From contig NZ_CP021983.2 of assembly GCF_002075285.3 (NCBI RefSeq), positions 4,980,001-5,012,000 on the forward strand: a DNA stretch of 32,000 bases, given 5' to 3'. Position 1 is the first letter of the stretch. Every line of letters begins with the position of its first letter. The notes beneath the pieces are model-generated. The model did no database searches. It was not told the DNA's origin and saw nothing but the letters and a program-made list of their open reading frames with translations. This DNA is from Halomicronema hongdechloris C2206 (lineage in GTDB: Bacteria; Cyanobacteriota; Cyanobacteriia; Phormidesmidales; Phormidesmidaceae). Shown one piece after another: positions 8,872 through 18,953 of the stretch. The translations under genes were made by a program, and so were the position numbers.

Positions 8872-8910
8872 GGGGTCTATTCCATGGGGTCTATTCCATG
8901 GGGTCTATGG
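8872..8910. repeat. Tandem direct repeat, about 2.7 x 14 bp (GGGGTCTATTCCAT)
   Basis: Read directly: ccacGGGGTCTATTCCATGGGGTCTATTCCATGGGGTCTATGG. It is preceded by the same CCACG as the 12-bp array and followed by CGGTACC-N9-CGGTACC. Confidence 0.9.
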
Positions 8911-9045
8911 CCGTAGCTCGGTACCCAGAGACACGGTACCAGGCCAGTAAGAAACCCCCTCTATCCTATCCTAAGGATGTTTCGCTGGCATTTAGCTACG
9001 ATTTGTGAAAACATAGGCGAACATTCGTACCGCTACTCTGACTGC

Positions 9046-9879
9046 ATGGTTGCTGCTGCGATCTCTGAGCTCAATCCCCGGCCCTTCCTGAAGTGGGCCG
9101 GCGGCAAGGGACGGTTAATCGAGCAATATCAGCCCTATTTCCCTAGCCACATCGATACCTACTATGAACCGTTTTTGGGTGGGGGAGCCATTTTCTTCCA
9201 TCTGTCTGCCCGGATTAAGCGCGCAGTACTGGCCGATATCAATCCAGAATTGGTGAATGTGTATCGTTGTGTGCGAGACCAGGTAGACTGCCTGATTGAG
9301 CATCTACAGGATCATCAGAGATGCCACAGCCATGCCCACTACTATGCCGTGCGGCAACAACACTATTTACCGCCACTGCAACGGGCGGCCCGGTTAATCT
9401 ATTTGAATAAGACCTGCTACAACGGACTCTATCGAGAAAATTCCCAGGGCCACTTCAACGTTCCCATGGGGCGCTACAAGACCCCTGCTATTTGTAATCC
9501 GGGAGGACTCAGGGCGGCTTCGGTGGCCTTGCAAGTGGCTCGCATCGAGGTCTGGCCCTTTGAGCATATCCTTTCTCTGGCTGGAGATGAGGGAGATTTT
9601 GTCTATTTCGATCCCCCTTATCATCCCATCAGTGTCACCAGCAATTTCACGGCCTATAACCGCTATGCCTTCACGGCAGCGGACCAACGTCGCCTGCAGC
9701 AAACCTTTGCTCGCTTGGCTTGGCGGGGAGTGCGCAGCATGCTGTCCAACTCTGATTGCCCCTTCATCCGAGAGTTGTATCGGGGCTTTCCCACCCACAC
9801 CATTCAGTCCAGTCGGTCCATCAACTCCAATGCGCGGCGTCGCGGCAAGATCACAGAGTTGCTAGTGACCTCCTATTGA
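9046..9879 (+). CDS. dam: DNA adenine methyltransferase, Dam/D12 class (probably GATC-specific), with no restriction partner nearby
   Basis: Motifs PFLKWAGGKGRL, EPFLGGGAIF (FxGxG AdoMet motif) and VYFDPPY (DPPY catalytic motif). The start is taken at ATG 9046 (MVAAAISELNPRPFLKWAGGK). Confidence 0.88.
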   Translation: MVAAAISELNPRPFLKWAGGKGRLIEQYQPYFPSHIDTYYEPFLGGGAIFFHLSARIKRAVLADINPELVNVYRCVRDQVDCLIEHLQDHQRCHSHAHYYAVRQQHYLPPLQRAARLIYLNKTCYNGLYRENSQGHFNVPMGRYKTPAICNPGGLRAASVALQVARIEVWPFEHILSLAGDEGDFVYFDPPYHPISVTSNFTAYNRYAFTAADQRRLQQTFARLAWRGVRSMLSNSDCPFIRELYRGFPTHTIQSSRSINSNARRRGKITELLVTSY

Positions 9880-9899
9880 TGGCCAGGACGATCTATGGC

Positions 9900-10292
9900 T
9901 TAGGCTTGGGGGCGGCGACGATGAATCTCAAAGGAAATCGAGCCCTGAGAACGATGGCCTGGCGGTGTCACTGCAGAGGGCAGAGATGAGAGAGACTGGG
10001 TTGAGGGGGTTTTTGCAGCGGATGAGGGGGACTCTTGGCCCTGTTCACCCCCCTTTGCCTTAGCGGGGTTGATGCCGGGCCCATCCTGCTGATGGGATTG
10101 AGCCTCAGGAGCTATCGCTTGGTTGGGAGGAGACCGACGATAATTGGATGCGATCGCAAGCACAATGCCTCCTAAGATCATCGCAGGAAAAGAGAGATCA
10201 AAAGACTGAACCCAACCTGCTTGGGCAACCCCTTGCAAACTCTCTGCAATCAGGAAGCACAGCACAAAACTAACCAACCACAATCTCATCAT
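9900..10292 (-). CDS. Hypothetical membrane protein with a low-complexity Ser/Pro/Gln-rich tail
   Basis: ORF 9900..10406. From the tandem ATGs at 10292/10289 it reads MMRLWLVSFVLCFLIAESL...FPAMILGGIVLAIASNY (two TM helices), followed by a disordered tail. No recognisable domain. Confidence 0.45.
   Translation of the reverse strand: MMRLWLVSFVLCFLIAESLQGVAQAGWVQSFDLSFPAMILGGIVLAIASNYRRSPPNQAIAPEAQSHQQDGPGINPAKAKGGEQGQESPSSAAKTPSTQSLSSLPSAVTPPGHRSQGSISFEIHRRRPQA
10150..10157. repeat. HIP1 octamer GCGATCGC
   Basis: Perfect copy read directly. Confidence 0.95.
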
Positions 10293-10646
10293 CTCATCCC
10301 GACTACACCAGTGGCCGCTAGAGGCAGCATACTCAATTGCCAGTCGCCTTGAGAAGAGCCAGGCTATCTTATGGCTACTTCCTGAATAAAGCGGCAAACT
10401 AAGCATGGGGGTGCTCTAGCCCTGAGCTGTAGTCAATGGGGCTACTACTGCGAGTGTGTTTTAAGGTATTACCATCAGGGCCAGTCCAACTTCCACCAGT
10501 CCACATTCCAGATGTTATAGCAATCCAGTAGACAACATTAGCAACCTACTTCAGCTAGGATGCCTAACTCTGCGGTGAAAATTGGGCATTATCAGAGTAT
10601 CAGAGGATAGTTGTGTGCTTACCTGGTCATTTAATCCTTCCCTGTC

Positions 10647-13600
10647 ATGGCCGTAGTTTCCAGTAATACCCCTGACCTGCGACGGCTACTGGTGTCCTCT
10701 CCCGGCCCCGTCACCCCAGAAATGTCGATGCTGCAGGCCTGGGAACTCAGTCACCTAAGGGACTCCGCAGGCATGACTGCCGAAATTCAGGCTGCCTTGG
10801 TGATAGCTGATGGCCGCCTGGTCGGATGGCTGCCGCTGTCGGCATGGGTGCAATTGAGTGTGGCTGGTGACTCATTAGCCGATACTCCGGTGGCGGCGGT
10901 CATGGTCCCCCCCGTCGCCGTGTTAAGACCAGCAGATTTAGTCGACGTCAATACTCTGGTAAGGCGGTTTCAAGACCATCGAGTCTCCGCCTTGCCTGTC
11001 GTAGATGAGTCCGAGCAGGTATTGGGCTGGTTACCCCAGAGTCACCTGCTAGCCATGATCGATTCCCTGGGGCAAACGCATCAGGTCAGCACGTTGCAGC
11101 AGCGGGTTACGCAACTGCAGCTGCAGCAGCGTGAGATTCGCTTCTTGCAAGCCCTGACCCAGAAGGTGGCCGCAGCCGATGACTTTGAGGTAGCCCTAGA
11201 AGTGGTGCTGGGTTACCTCTGCGAATTGACTCGATGGGACTGCGGCGAAATTTGGCTGCCGACGGCCGATGGGCAGCATCTACGGGCTGGCTCCATCTGT
11301 TGCTATAGTCCTGATGATATTCAAGGGTTTCGGCAAGCCAGCACACAAATCACCTTCGCCCCTGATCAAAGCCTACCGGGACGTGTTTGGAGCCGTTGCC
11401 AACCGGAGTGGATCGCTGATATTTCTGGAACGGTGCCGGGGGAATTTTTACGGTTGCAGCCGGCCCTAAACGATGGCATCAGAGCCGCCCTTGGCGTACC
11501 TATTCTAGCCGATCAACAAGTTGTCGCGGTCTTGGTGTTGTTGAGTCGGCAAGTCCAAACGTTGGATGCTGCCCTACTGGAGTTATTGACGTCGTTAGCG
11601 GTGCACTTGGGCCAGGCCATCCAGCGTAAACAGATGGAAGCGGAGCTGCGCCGTAGCGAGGCCACTAATCGAGCCATTCTGCAAGCCCTGCCTGACTTGC
11701 TGCTTCGGATGAATCGAGATGGCACCTACCTGGGCATGTTGAGTGGTGGTTCGGTGAAGGTGATATTGCCGCCGCAGGAGATTTCCTCTCCCTCGATATA
11801 CGATTCCCTGCCCCAGGACGTTGCTGACCAACGGATTGCCTATGTTCATCAAGCCTTAGAAACAGGGCAAATGCAGCAATATGAACAGGTGTTTCAACTG
11901 GATGGGCAGACCTATTACGAAGAGGTGCGAATCGTGCCGCTGACTGGGGAGGAAGTGCTAGTGATCGTGCGGGACATTTGCGATCGCAAAGCCACGGAAC
12001 AGGCTTTGCTGCAAAGTGAACAGCGCTTCCGCAGCATGTTCGAATATCATGACTCGGTGATGCTGCTGATTGATCCCGACAGCCAACAGATTGTTGATGT
12101 CAATCAGGCTGCCGTTGCATTCTATGGCTATACCCACGAGAGCCTGACTCAACTCACCCTGGCTGAGCTAAATCAACTGCCTCAGGATAAAATCCGGCAA
12201 ATGTTGCAGCAAGCCAAAGCCAACGAAAGAAATGCATTCATCGTGCCGCATCGCTTAGCCGATGGCACCCTGCGTTGGGTGGAAAATCACTCCAGTGCCA
12301 TCGAGTATCAGGCCCAGGAATTACTGTTTTGCATCATTCACGACGTTACCGATCGGCTAGATGCCGAGATTGCCCTGCACCAACTCAACCAGGACCTAGA
12401 GAAACGAGTCCAGCAGCGCACCGCCGCCCTGCAGCAGAGTCAGGCCCGTTATCAGGCAGTGGTAGAAGATCAGACCGAATTGATTTGCCGGTTTCTCGTA
12501 GATGGCACCCTCACTTTCGCCAATGCTGCCTACTGCCGTTATTTTCAGTTACCAGCCGCTCAAATCATCGGCAAATCAATCTGGCAATTGATTCCCGAGG
12601 CCAATCGCTCCCTGGTAGCCCGCCATCTCTATGCCCTTTCCCAAGACAACACCATGTCCACCTACGAAACCCAGACTATTTTGCCCGCTGGGCATATCGT
12701 CTGGCAGCTGTGGACCCACCGAGCCATTTTTGACTCGCAAGGACATCTACTCGAATATCAGGCAGTCGGTCGCGACATCACCGAACGTAAGCAAGCCGAA
12801 ATGGCCCTGAAAGAGAGTGAAATGAAGTTGCGACTGTTTATTGACCATGCGCCGGCGGCAGTAGCCATGTTCGATGGACAGATGTGCTACATTGCCGTCA
12901 GCGATCGTTGGCGCCGGGATTATTGCTTGGGGGAGCGTCCCCTGATTGGCCAATGTCACTACGATATTTTTCCCGACATGCCCCAGCGGTGGCATCAGAT
13001 CCATCAACGCTGTCTGGCTGGGGCCGTCGAAATCTGCGAAGAGGATCCCTGGCCCCGTACCGACGGCTCGCTGAGCTGGTTGCGCTGGGAGGTGCGTCCC
13101 TGGCATCGAGCCGATGGCACCATCGGTGGCCTAGTGATGCTGACGGAGAACATTAGCGATCGCAAACGAGCCGCCGAAGAATTGCGCCAAACTAATGCCG
13201 CCTTAGAACGGGCCACTCGCCTTAAGGATGAGTTTCTGGCCAATATGAGCCATGAACTGCGCACCCCGCTCAATGCCATTTTGGGATTATCTGAGGTCTT
13301 GCAAGAGCATGTCTATGGTCCCCTGAATCAGCGCCAGACCAAGGCCATTACTACCATTGAGCACAGTGGTCGTCATCTCCTAGAGCTGATCAACGATATC
13401 CTAGACCTCTCCAAGATCGAGGCGGGTAAATTCGAGCTGCAGCCAGCAGAAGTATCGGTGCGTCGGCTCTGTGAGGCCAGCTTAGAGGTGGTGCAACCGA
13501 TGGCCGCCAGAAAAGCCATTGGCCTCAATGTTGACAGGGCCGACGCCATAGACTGTATTTGGGCCGATGAACGGCGGCTGCGGCAGGTATTGATTAATCT

Positions 13601-14558
13601 CCTGACCAATGCCATTAAGTTCACCCCTGATGGTGGCCAAGTGACGCTCAGCATTAGTTGGGCAGAAACCGATCTGCCAATGGTCTCCCCTGCGGCTAAT
13701 CAGTTGGCGTCAGCGACTGATGCCCCTGCAACTTCCGCTTCAACGGAGACGGCCCCGTTTCCCGCCGAGGTGACGCCGTCATCCCACCCGATGATCGAAT
13801 TCGCCGTGACCGACACCGGCATTGGCATTGCCCCAGAGCATGTCGATCGTCTGTTTAAGGCCTTTGTCCAGATCGATAGTCGCCTGAATCGTCAGTACAG
13901 TGGTACCGGTCTGGGCCTGGCTCTGGTGAAGCGCATTGCCGAACTCCATGGCGGCGATGTGGCCGTCACCAGCCAGGTGGGAGCAGGTAGTTGCTTTACA
14001 GTGCGGTTACCTCAGCCCTCGTTGGCCTCAGCCGATACGGTAGCGGCTAACGGCAATATGAGGCTATCAACCGTTCCCTCATCGTCAGGACATCCCGAAC
14101 CGACTACTGACTCGCCGCGACCATCAAATCTGCAGGATCAGGGGCATGGCAGAGCTGCATCCCGAAGACATCATCTCACCATTTTGTTGAGTCATGACAG
14201 TGACGCCACTGCCGATACCTGGGGGGATTATCTAATGGATAAGGGATATGGTGTCATCAAGGCGACCGATGGCGAAACAACCCTAGCCTTAGCCAGAGTC
14301 CATAGACCCGACGTTATCCTGATGGATATTCCGACGCTGGGTAATAGTGAGGTAGAGGTCATTGGCCAAATCCGCCAAGAGCCGGAACTGCAAACGGCGT
14401 TGATTGTTGCCTTAGTTGCCATGCCGATGGCGGCGGAGCAGCAACATCGCCTGGAGGCAGAGGTGGATGCCTACCTGACTAAACCAGTGCGGTTGCGGCA
14501 TCTGATCGAGACATTGCAACATCTAGTGACCTCATCTTACCGTTCAGAAATCTCATGA
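10647..14558 (+). CDS. Multidomain hybrid sensor histidine kinase: CBS pair, GAF, four PAS, HisKA, HATPase_c and a C-terminal receiver-like domain
   Basis: 1303 aa. Each PAS unit ends in the motif DI(T/C/S)(E/D)RK. H-box [19 protein letters not shown]-box [13 protein letters not shown]1 DTGIGI, G2 GTGLGL. The C-terminal CheY-like fold has DVILMD and YLTKP. Its stop overlaps the next gene's start (ATGA at 14555..14558). Confidence 0.9.
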   Translation: MAVVSSNTPDLRRLLVSSPGPVTPEMSMLQAWELSHLRDSAGMTAEIQAALVIADGRLVGWLPLSAWVQLSVAGDSLADTPVAAVMVPPVAVLRPADLVDVNTLVRRFQDHRVSALPVVDESEQVLGWLPQSHLLAMIDSLGQTHQVSTLQQRVTQLQLQQREIRFLQALTQKVAAADDFEVALEVVLGYLCELTRWDCGEIWLPTADGQHLRAGSICCYSPDDIQGFRQASTQITFAPDQSLPGRVWSRCQPEWIADISGTVPGEFLRLQPALNDGIRAALGVPILADQQVVAVLVLLSRQVQTLDAALLELLTSLAVHLGQAIQRKQMEAELRRSEATNRAILQALPDLLLRMNRDGTYLGMLSGGSVKVILPPQEISSPSIYDSLPQDVADQRIAYVHQALETGQMQQYEQVFQLDGQTYYEEVRIVPLTGEEVLVIVRDICDRKATEQALLQSEQRFRSMFEYHDSVMLLIDPDSQQIVDVNQAAVAFYGYTHESLTQLTLAELNQLPQDKIRQMLQQAKANERNAFIVPHRLADGTLRWVENHSSAIEYQAQELLFCIIHDVTDRLDAEIALHQLNQDLEKRVQQRTAALQQSQARYQAVVEDQTELICRFLVDGTLTFANAAYCRYFQLPAAQIIGKSIWQLIPEANRSLVARHLYALSQDNTMSTYETQTILPAGHIVWQLWTHRAIFDSQGHLLEYQAVGRDITERKQAEMALKESEMKLRLFIDHAPAAVAMFDGQMCYIAVSDRWRRDYCLGERPLIGQCHYDIFPDMPQRWHQIHQRCLAGAVEICEEDPWPRTDGSLSWLRWEVRPWHRADGTIGGLVMLTENISDRKRAAEELRQTNAALERATRLKDEFLANMSHELRTPLNAILGLSEVLQEHVYGPLNQRQTKAITTIEHSGRHLLELINDILDLSKIEAGKFELQPAEVSVRRLCEASLEVVQPMAARKAIGLNVDRADAIDCIWADERRLRQVLINLLTNAIKFTPDGGQVTLSISWAETDLPMVSPAANQLASATDAPATSASTETAPFPAEVTPSSHPMIEFAVTDTGIGIAPEHVDRLFKAFVQIDSRLNRQYSGTGLGLALVKRIAELHGGDVAVTSQVGAGSCFTVRLPQPSLASADTVAANGNMRLSTVPSSSGHPEPTTDSPRPSNLQDQGHGRAASRRHHLTILLSHDSDATADTWGDYLMDKGYGVIKATDGETTLALARVHRPDVILMDIPTLGNSEVEVIGQIRQEPELQTALIVALVAMPMAAEQQHRLEAEVDAYLTKPVRLRHLIETLQHLVTSSYRSEIS
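11980..11987. repeat. HIP1 octamer GCGATCGC
   Basis: Perfect copy read directly (context ttGCGATCGCaa). Confidence 0.95.
13156..13163. repeat. HIP1 octamer GCGATCGC
   Basis: Perfect copy read directly. Confidence 0.95.
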
Positions 14559-16390
14559 TTGCCACCGAGTCAGCCATCATCCTGGTCGTGGATGATGAAT
14601 CAGACAATTTCGATGTCATTGAGGCATTGCTGGCCAATAATGCCTATCAGCTTCACTATGCCTCCAGTGGCAACAAAGCCCTAGAACGCCTGGATCGTCT
14701 GGTACCAGATATGCTGCTGCTAGATGTGATGATGCCGACTATGGATGGCTTTGAGGTTTGTCGCCAGATTCGGGGCAACCCGGCCTGGCAGTCGCTACCC
14801 ATCATTCTGATTACGGCATTAGACAGTAAAGAAGATCTGGCTAAAGGTCTAGAGGCCGGGGCCGATGACTTTATCAGCAAACCGGTCAATCGGGTGGAAT
14901 TGCGGGCCCGCATTCGCTCTCTGTTACGGATTCGTCGGCAACAGCAAGCGATTGAGCATCTTTACCAGCAGGTTCAGTCGGTCAACCAGCAGTTAACGGC
15001 TTTCAATTGTGCCCTGGAGCGGCGGGTGCAAGAGCGCACGGCTCAGTTGGAACGGGCTTACTTCTATGACGGCCTCACCCAGTTGCCGAGTCGAGCCTTG
15101 TTGCTGGATACCATCGAGCAGATCCTAAGGCAGCCGGAACCCAGCCCATTTGCCCTGCTATATCTAGATTGTGACCAATTCAAGTTGGTCAACGGCTCCC
15201 TAGGCCATGAGATTGGCAATAAATTGCTGGTAGCCATTGCCTCTCGTCTGCAGTCACTGCTGCGCCGTGGCGATCACTTGGCTCGATTGGGGGAAGATGA
15301 GTTTTGCTTCTTCTTGCAACCCCTAGCCTCAGTGGAGGCATTGCGGCAGTTTGCTGAGCGAGTGCTGGACAGCTTCAATGTGCCCTTTTGGATAGATGGC
15401 TATGAAATCTACATGACGGTCTGCATCGGCATGACTCTCAGCCGAGCCGAGTATGACCATGCCCAGGTCCCGTTACAGGAAGCCGACACGGCTATGTACC
15501 AGGCTAAGTACCGCGGGGCTGGCTCTTGCCAGCTGTTTGACTATCAGATGCAACGGTCTGCCCAGCAGCGATTGCAGCTAGAGCATGATCTGCGTCACGC
15601 CCTTAGTAACCAGGAATTATTGGCCTGCTATCAGCCGATTGTTGACTTGACCCAGCAGCAGATCGCTGGGTTTGAGGCATTGGTACGGTGGTATCCGCCC
15701 ACCGGGACTCCCCGCTCGCCGGGAGAGTTTATTCCCTGCGCTGAGGAAACTGGCCTGATCGTGCCCATCGGCATGGTGGTCTTGCGCCAGGCTTGCCAGC
15801 AGCTATTGGATTGGCAGCGGCAGGGCTATGAGCATCTGTTCATGAGTGTGAATCTGTCGGTGCGTCAGTTTTCCCATCCCACCTTGGTGGAAGACATTGA
15901 TGAGGTGCTCAGGGACGTGGCGATTGATCCCGGCTGCCTCAAGTTGGAGATCACGGAAAGTGCGATTATGGAAAGTCCTGATGTTGCTGTTGCCCTGACC
16001 CAGCAGTTGCGATCGCGCCGGATTCAACTCAGCATCGATGACTTTGGCACCGGGTATTCTTCTCTGAGCTATCTAAATCGCTTTCCAGTAGATAGCCTTA
16101 AAATCGATCAATCCTTTGTTCAATCCATGGAGACTGACTCCAAGAATGCCCAGATCGTGGAGGCGGTAGTGGGACTAGGCCATGCGCTTAACATCAAGAT
16201 TATTGCCGAGGGTATCGAAACAGCAGAGCAGCTGAATCACCTCTGCCAGCTGGGCTGTGACTATGGTCAGGGGTACTTGCTAGCCCAACCGTTATTGCCA
16301 GATCAGGCCACGGTGCTGTTGCAAAATTTTGACTCTACAGTGGCGGCTGACCATACCCCATCGAGTTGGCGCTCCATGGCTTCTCCGTAA
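14555..16390 (+). CDS. Response regulator with REC, GGDEF (degenerate, GEDEF) and EAL domains; a likely c-di-GMP phosphodiesterase
   Basis: REC: [30 protein letters not shown] domain: [17 protein letters not shown] domain: [42 protein letters not shown]. Confidence 0.92.
   Translation: MIATESAIILVVDDESDNFDVIEALLANNAYQLHYASSGNKALERLDRLVPDMLLLDVMMPTMDGFEVCRQIRGNPAWQSLPIILITALDSKEDLAKGLEAGADDFISKPVNRVELRARIRSLLRIRRQQQAIEHLYQQVQSVNQQLTAFNCALERRVQERTAQLERAYFYDGLTQLPSRALLLDTIEQILRQPEPSPFALLYLDCDQFKLVNGSLGHEIGNKLLVAIASRLQSLLRRGDHLARLGEDEFCFFLQPLASVEALRQFAERVLDSFNVPFWIDGYEIYMTVCIGMTLSRAEYDHAQVPLQEADTAMYQAKYRGAGSCQLFDYQMQRSAQQRLQLEHDLRHALSNQELLACYQPIVDLTQQQIAGFEALVRWYPPTGTPRSPGEFIPCAEETGLIVPIGMVVLRQACQQLLDWQRQGYEHLFMSVNLSVRQFSHPTLVEDIDEVLRDVAIDPGCLKLEITESAIMESPDVAVALTQQLRSRRIQLSIDDFGTGYSSLSYLNRFPVDSLKIDQSFVQSMETDSKNAQIVEAVVGLGHALNIKIIAEGIETAEQLNHLCQLGCDYGQGYLLAQPLLPDQATVLLQNFDSTVAADHTPSSWRSMASP
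16009..16016. repeat. HIP1 octamer GCGATCGC
   Basis: Perfect copy read directly. Confidence 0.95.
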
Positions 16391-16589
16391 ATAGTTGGGG
16401 CTAATTGCCCGGGAACTCTTACAGAGCTTTAAGTCGCTTATTGGGGGCTGTCAGCGGTCTTGCATAAGCGTTCACGGCTATCCTGCCAGGCTGGCGCTTG
16501 GCCAGGCGGTTGGCAAGTCCAGCTAGTGCGAGTCCCCGCCGCTGTTTGAGTAACAGGGCGAGGGAAATAACCGGGACAGACTGATACGC

Positions 16590-16898
16590 TTACAAAACCT
16601 CTTCTTCTTGATGGGTGAGGATAGTGCAGTCGGAGGTGGGTTTACCAATGCAGGTGAGCACGTAGCCCTCCTCGATTTGGTCCTCGTCTAACTGCATCTG
16701 CCCTTCTTGATCTAAACTTTCTCCCTCTAGAATTTGTCCAGCGCAGGTGCTGCAGGCACCAGCACGGCAGGAGTAGGGCAAATCTAGGCCATATTCAGTT
16801 TCGGCCACATCAAGGACGCTTTCGTCTTCAGGCACCTCAATGGTTTGGTCTAGACCTTCGGCTTCGTTGACTAGGTGTACTTGATAAGTGGTCGGCAT
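16590..16898 (-). CDS. Plant-type [2Fe-2S] ferredoxin
   Basis: 102 aa: [29 protein letters not shown]...[20 protein letters not shown]...[23 protein letters not shown]. The four-Cys ligand pattern CxxxxCxxC...C is present. Confidence 0.93.
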   Translation of the reverse strand: MPTTYQVHLVNEAEGLDQTIEVPEDESVLDVAETEYGLDLPYSCRAGACSTCAGQILEGESLDQEGQMQLDEDQIEEGYVLTCIGKPTSDCTILTHQEEEVL

Positions 16899-17007
16899 AG
16901 AGGCATCTCCTGCATGTCTACATATGATATTTAAACGAGATTTAAGCGGGGCCTCTTCCTTCAGAAGAGAGGGCTCGCAGCGGCAGGTTTATCTCTCTAT
17001 TGATACA

Positions 17008-18144
17008 CTATGGACTCCGTAGCAGCTCGCCAATGAGCTGCTGCATGGCTGCTGCCTGGGCTTCGATACGCTCGGTCAGGCGAAATTGCACTAGAGCTCG
17101 CATCAGGTTGTGGTCAGGATGGCTGGCCCGGAAGTAGACGTTGCCTGCCAGGTAGTCGGTGAAGAAGCGCAACCCTAATTCGAAGGCGATCAGGCGAGTG
17201 GCGTCATAGATATAGTGGTAGTCGGCTGGGGTGAGATAGGCATGGGCAGCGGTGCAGTAACCCTGTAGGAGGGCCTGGCAACGGTCGAGGTCGAAATCTA
17301 CGGTGTCTAGCTGTTCGGTTTCTTCACCAGCTGGATTGCAGCCTGACCGCAGGCAATCGCCGATGTCGTATTGCACTAGGCCGGGCTTGACGGTGTCCAA
17401 ATCGATGAGACTGACAGCTTGGTCAGTCTGGTTGTCGAAGAGGACATTGTTGACTTTAGGATCGCCATGCATTAAGCGCAATGGCAGCTGTCCCCGAGCT
17501 TTGGCAGTTTCTAGGACAGGAACCAGGGCGGTGCGATCGCAAATACACTGCCGACAATAGGCAACTTCTGGGGAGTTGGGAACGGTGGTAGTTGCCTGCA
17601 CCTGCTCATAGTGGGCCAAGTAGCCAGGGGTAATGTGAAAGCCCTCCAGGGTATCGGCCAGGCGGTGAGGGGAAAGGTCACTGAGCAACCAGTGGAATAG
17701 CCCCAGGGCATAGCCCACTTCCTTGGCCTGGTGGTCATCTTGCAGAGTCTCAACCACCTGGGTGTTGGCCACGAAGCTAAGGGCCCGCCACAGAACCCCA
17801 GTGTCATCTATCCAATAGTCGTCCCCGGCGTCAGTGGGCAAGAGTTGGGGCAGTTCCCACCGTCGGGGCAGGGAGGCGTGCTGTAGGCGTTGCTGCCCAT
17901 GCTCGTTAACCGTTCGCAGGTTGCTAATCACCTGTTGGGGATGGGGAAAGACGCGGGGGTTGAGGCGTTGCAGCACGAAGGGCTGCCCCCTATGCACCTG
18001 TACCAGGAAGGTGTGGTTGATGTTGCCATGGCCTAGGGGAGCCAGGTGGGTGACTGGCCCCTGGGCAAACCGCTGGGCAATAGCCAGGATGGCTGACTGA
18101 TTCTGACGGGAGGTGACCAAGGAGCCGGGGCGCTGGGATGACAT
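17008..18144 (-). CDS. Phosphotransferase of the APH/choline-kinase fold (possibly a sugar 1-kinase; substrate unknown)
   Basis: 378 aa with the catalytic loop LMHGDPKVNNVLFD (HxDxxxxN) and the metal-binding motif LIDLDTV. The N-lobe contains GHGNINHTFLV. Confidence 0.72.
   Translation of the reverse strand: MSSQRPGSLVTSRQNQSAILAIAQRFAQGPVTHLAPLGHGNINHTFLVQVHRGQPFVLQRLNPRVFPHPQQVISNLRTVNEHGQQRLQHASLPRRWELPQLLPTDAGDDYWIDDTGVLWRALSFVANTQVVETLQDDHQAKEVGYALGLFHWLLSDLSPHRLADTLEGFHITPGYLAHYEQVQATTTVPNSPEVAYCRQCICDRTALVPVLETAKARGQLPLRLMHGDPKVNNVLFDNQTDQAVSLIDLDTVKPGLVQYDIGDCLRSGCNPAGEETEQLDTVDFDLDRCQALLQGYCTAAHAYLTPADYHYIYDATRLIAFELGLRFFTDYLAGNVYFRASHPDHNLMRALVQFRLTERIEAQAAAMQQLIGELLRSP
17533..17540. 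repeat. HIP1 octamer GCGATCGC
   Basis: Perfect copy read directly. Confidence 0.95.
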
Positions 18145-18329
18145 GAGTCGCTTTCCATGGCAATGCTGAGGATATTATGGGCTGTTGGGGAATCACCGCC
18201 AAGGATGCAATGTGATGGCCATTAGTTAAGCCGCTCAGAGGGGCTAGACCGGCCCTGAAGGACCATCGCACCCGAAGAACCATCCTCTACCCTAGGCTTT
18301 GAGGTTTCCCTCGCGCGTGTGCTTGCTCT

Positions 18330-18932
18330 ATGTACCCAGGATTTCAGTGCTACCCCTTAGATGCCCATCACCGCCTCTGGCAGGGTCGGTTGCCGCCGCA
18401 CCTCCTACCCAATTCTCAGCAGTTCGAGCATCTCTGGACCCTGCATCCCAGCACTTACCACACCATCAAGGTGTATGGCCACACCGTGGCCACCCCCCGC
18501 TGGGAGCAAGCTTACCAGCGGGCCTATTGTTACTCGGGAGTCACCCATGCGGCCTTACCCGTGCCCCTGACCCTCTACCCACTGTGGCGTTGGGCCCAAA
18601 CCATCATCGATAGCCGCCTCAATGGCATTGTCCTGAGCTGGTACGATGCTCGCCTAGGCCACTACATCGGCAAACACCGCGACAGTCGGCAGCAGCTTAT
18701 CCAGGGGGCTCCCATCGTTACCATCTCCCTGGGCCACCCCCGAGTTTTGCGGCTGCGTCCCTGGCGAGGTCAGGGCTACCAAGACTTTCCCCTCGCCCAT
18801 GGCACCGTTTGTCTGCTGCCCTACGACACCAACTTGGCTTGGACCCATGAAGTCCCCGCAGCTAAGCGGTTTCCGGGCCGACGCATCGCCATGTCACTGC
18901 GTGCATTCGCAGATGAGATGTCAGGGCAATGA
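18330..18932 (+). CDS. AlkB-like 2-oxoglutarate/Fe(II)-dependent dioxygenase
   Basis: 200 aa. The HxD...H iron triad (IGKHRDS ... AWTHEVP) and the 2OG-binding Arg pair (RIAMSLRAF) are arranged as in the AlkB family. Confidence 0.7.
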   Translation: MYPGFQCYPLDAHHRLWQGRLPPHLLPNSQQFEHLWTLHPSTYHTIKVYGHTVATPRWEQAYQRAYCYSGVTHAALPVPLTLYPLWRWAQTIIDSRLNGIVLSWYDARLGHYIGKHRDSRQQLIQGAPIVTISLGHPRVLRLRPWRGQGYQDFPLAHGTVCLLPYDTNLAWTHEVPAAKRFPGRRIAMSLRAFADEMSGQ

Positions 18933-18953
18933 TAAAATGCTGCTGCCAGCGCC

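Noticed and set aside
8810-8910. Whether the tandem repeats are a small CRISPR array
   Set aside because: The units are 12 and 14 bp and directly abutting, with no spacers. There are only 2 to 3 copies, and no cas genes are in the window.
9046-10292. Dam methylase plus the adjacent hypothetical gene as a restriction-modification or defence module
   Set aside because: The neighbour is a convergent two-TM, low-complexity protein with no nuclease motif (no PD-(D/E)xK or HNH that I can see). Orphan GATC methylases are normal in cyanobacteria.
12275-12733. 152-aa alternative-frame ORF inside the histidine kinase gene
   Set aside because: It overlaps well-formed PAS domains in another frame. Its translation is Arg/Pro/Ser-rich and low in complexity.
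16435-16470. Inverted repeat CGCTTAT-N22-ATAAGCG between the convergent EAL and ferredoxin genes, considered as a bidirectional terminator
   Set aside because: The stem is 7 bp with a 22-nt loop, the loop does not fold convincingly, and there are no flanking T/A tracts. The evidence is too weak to annotate.
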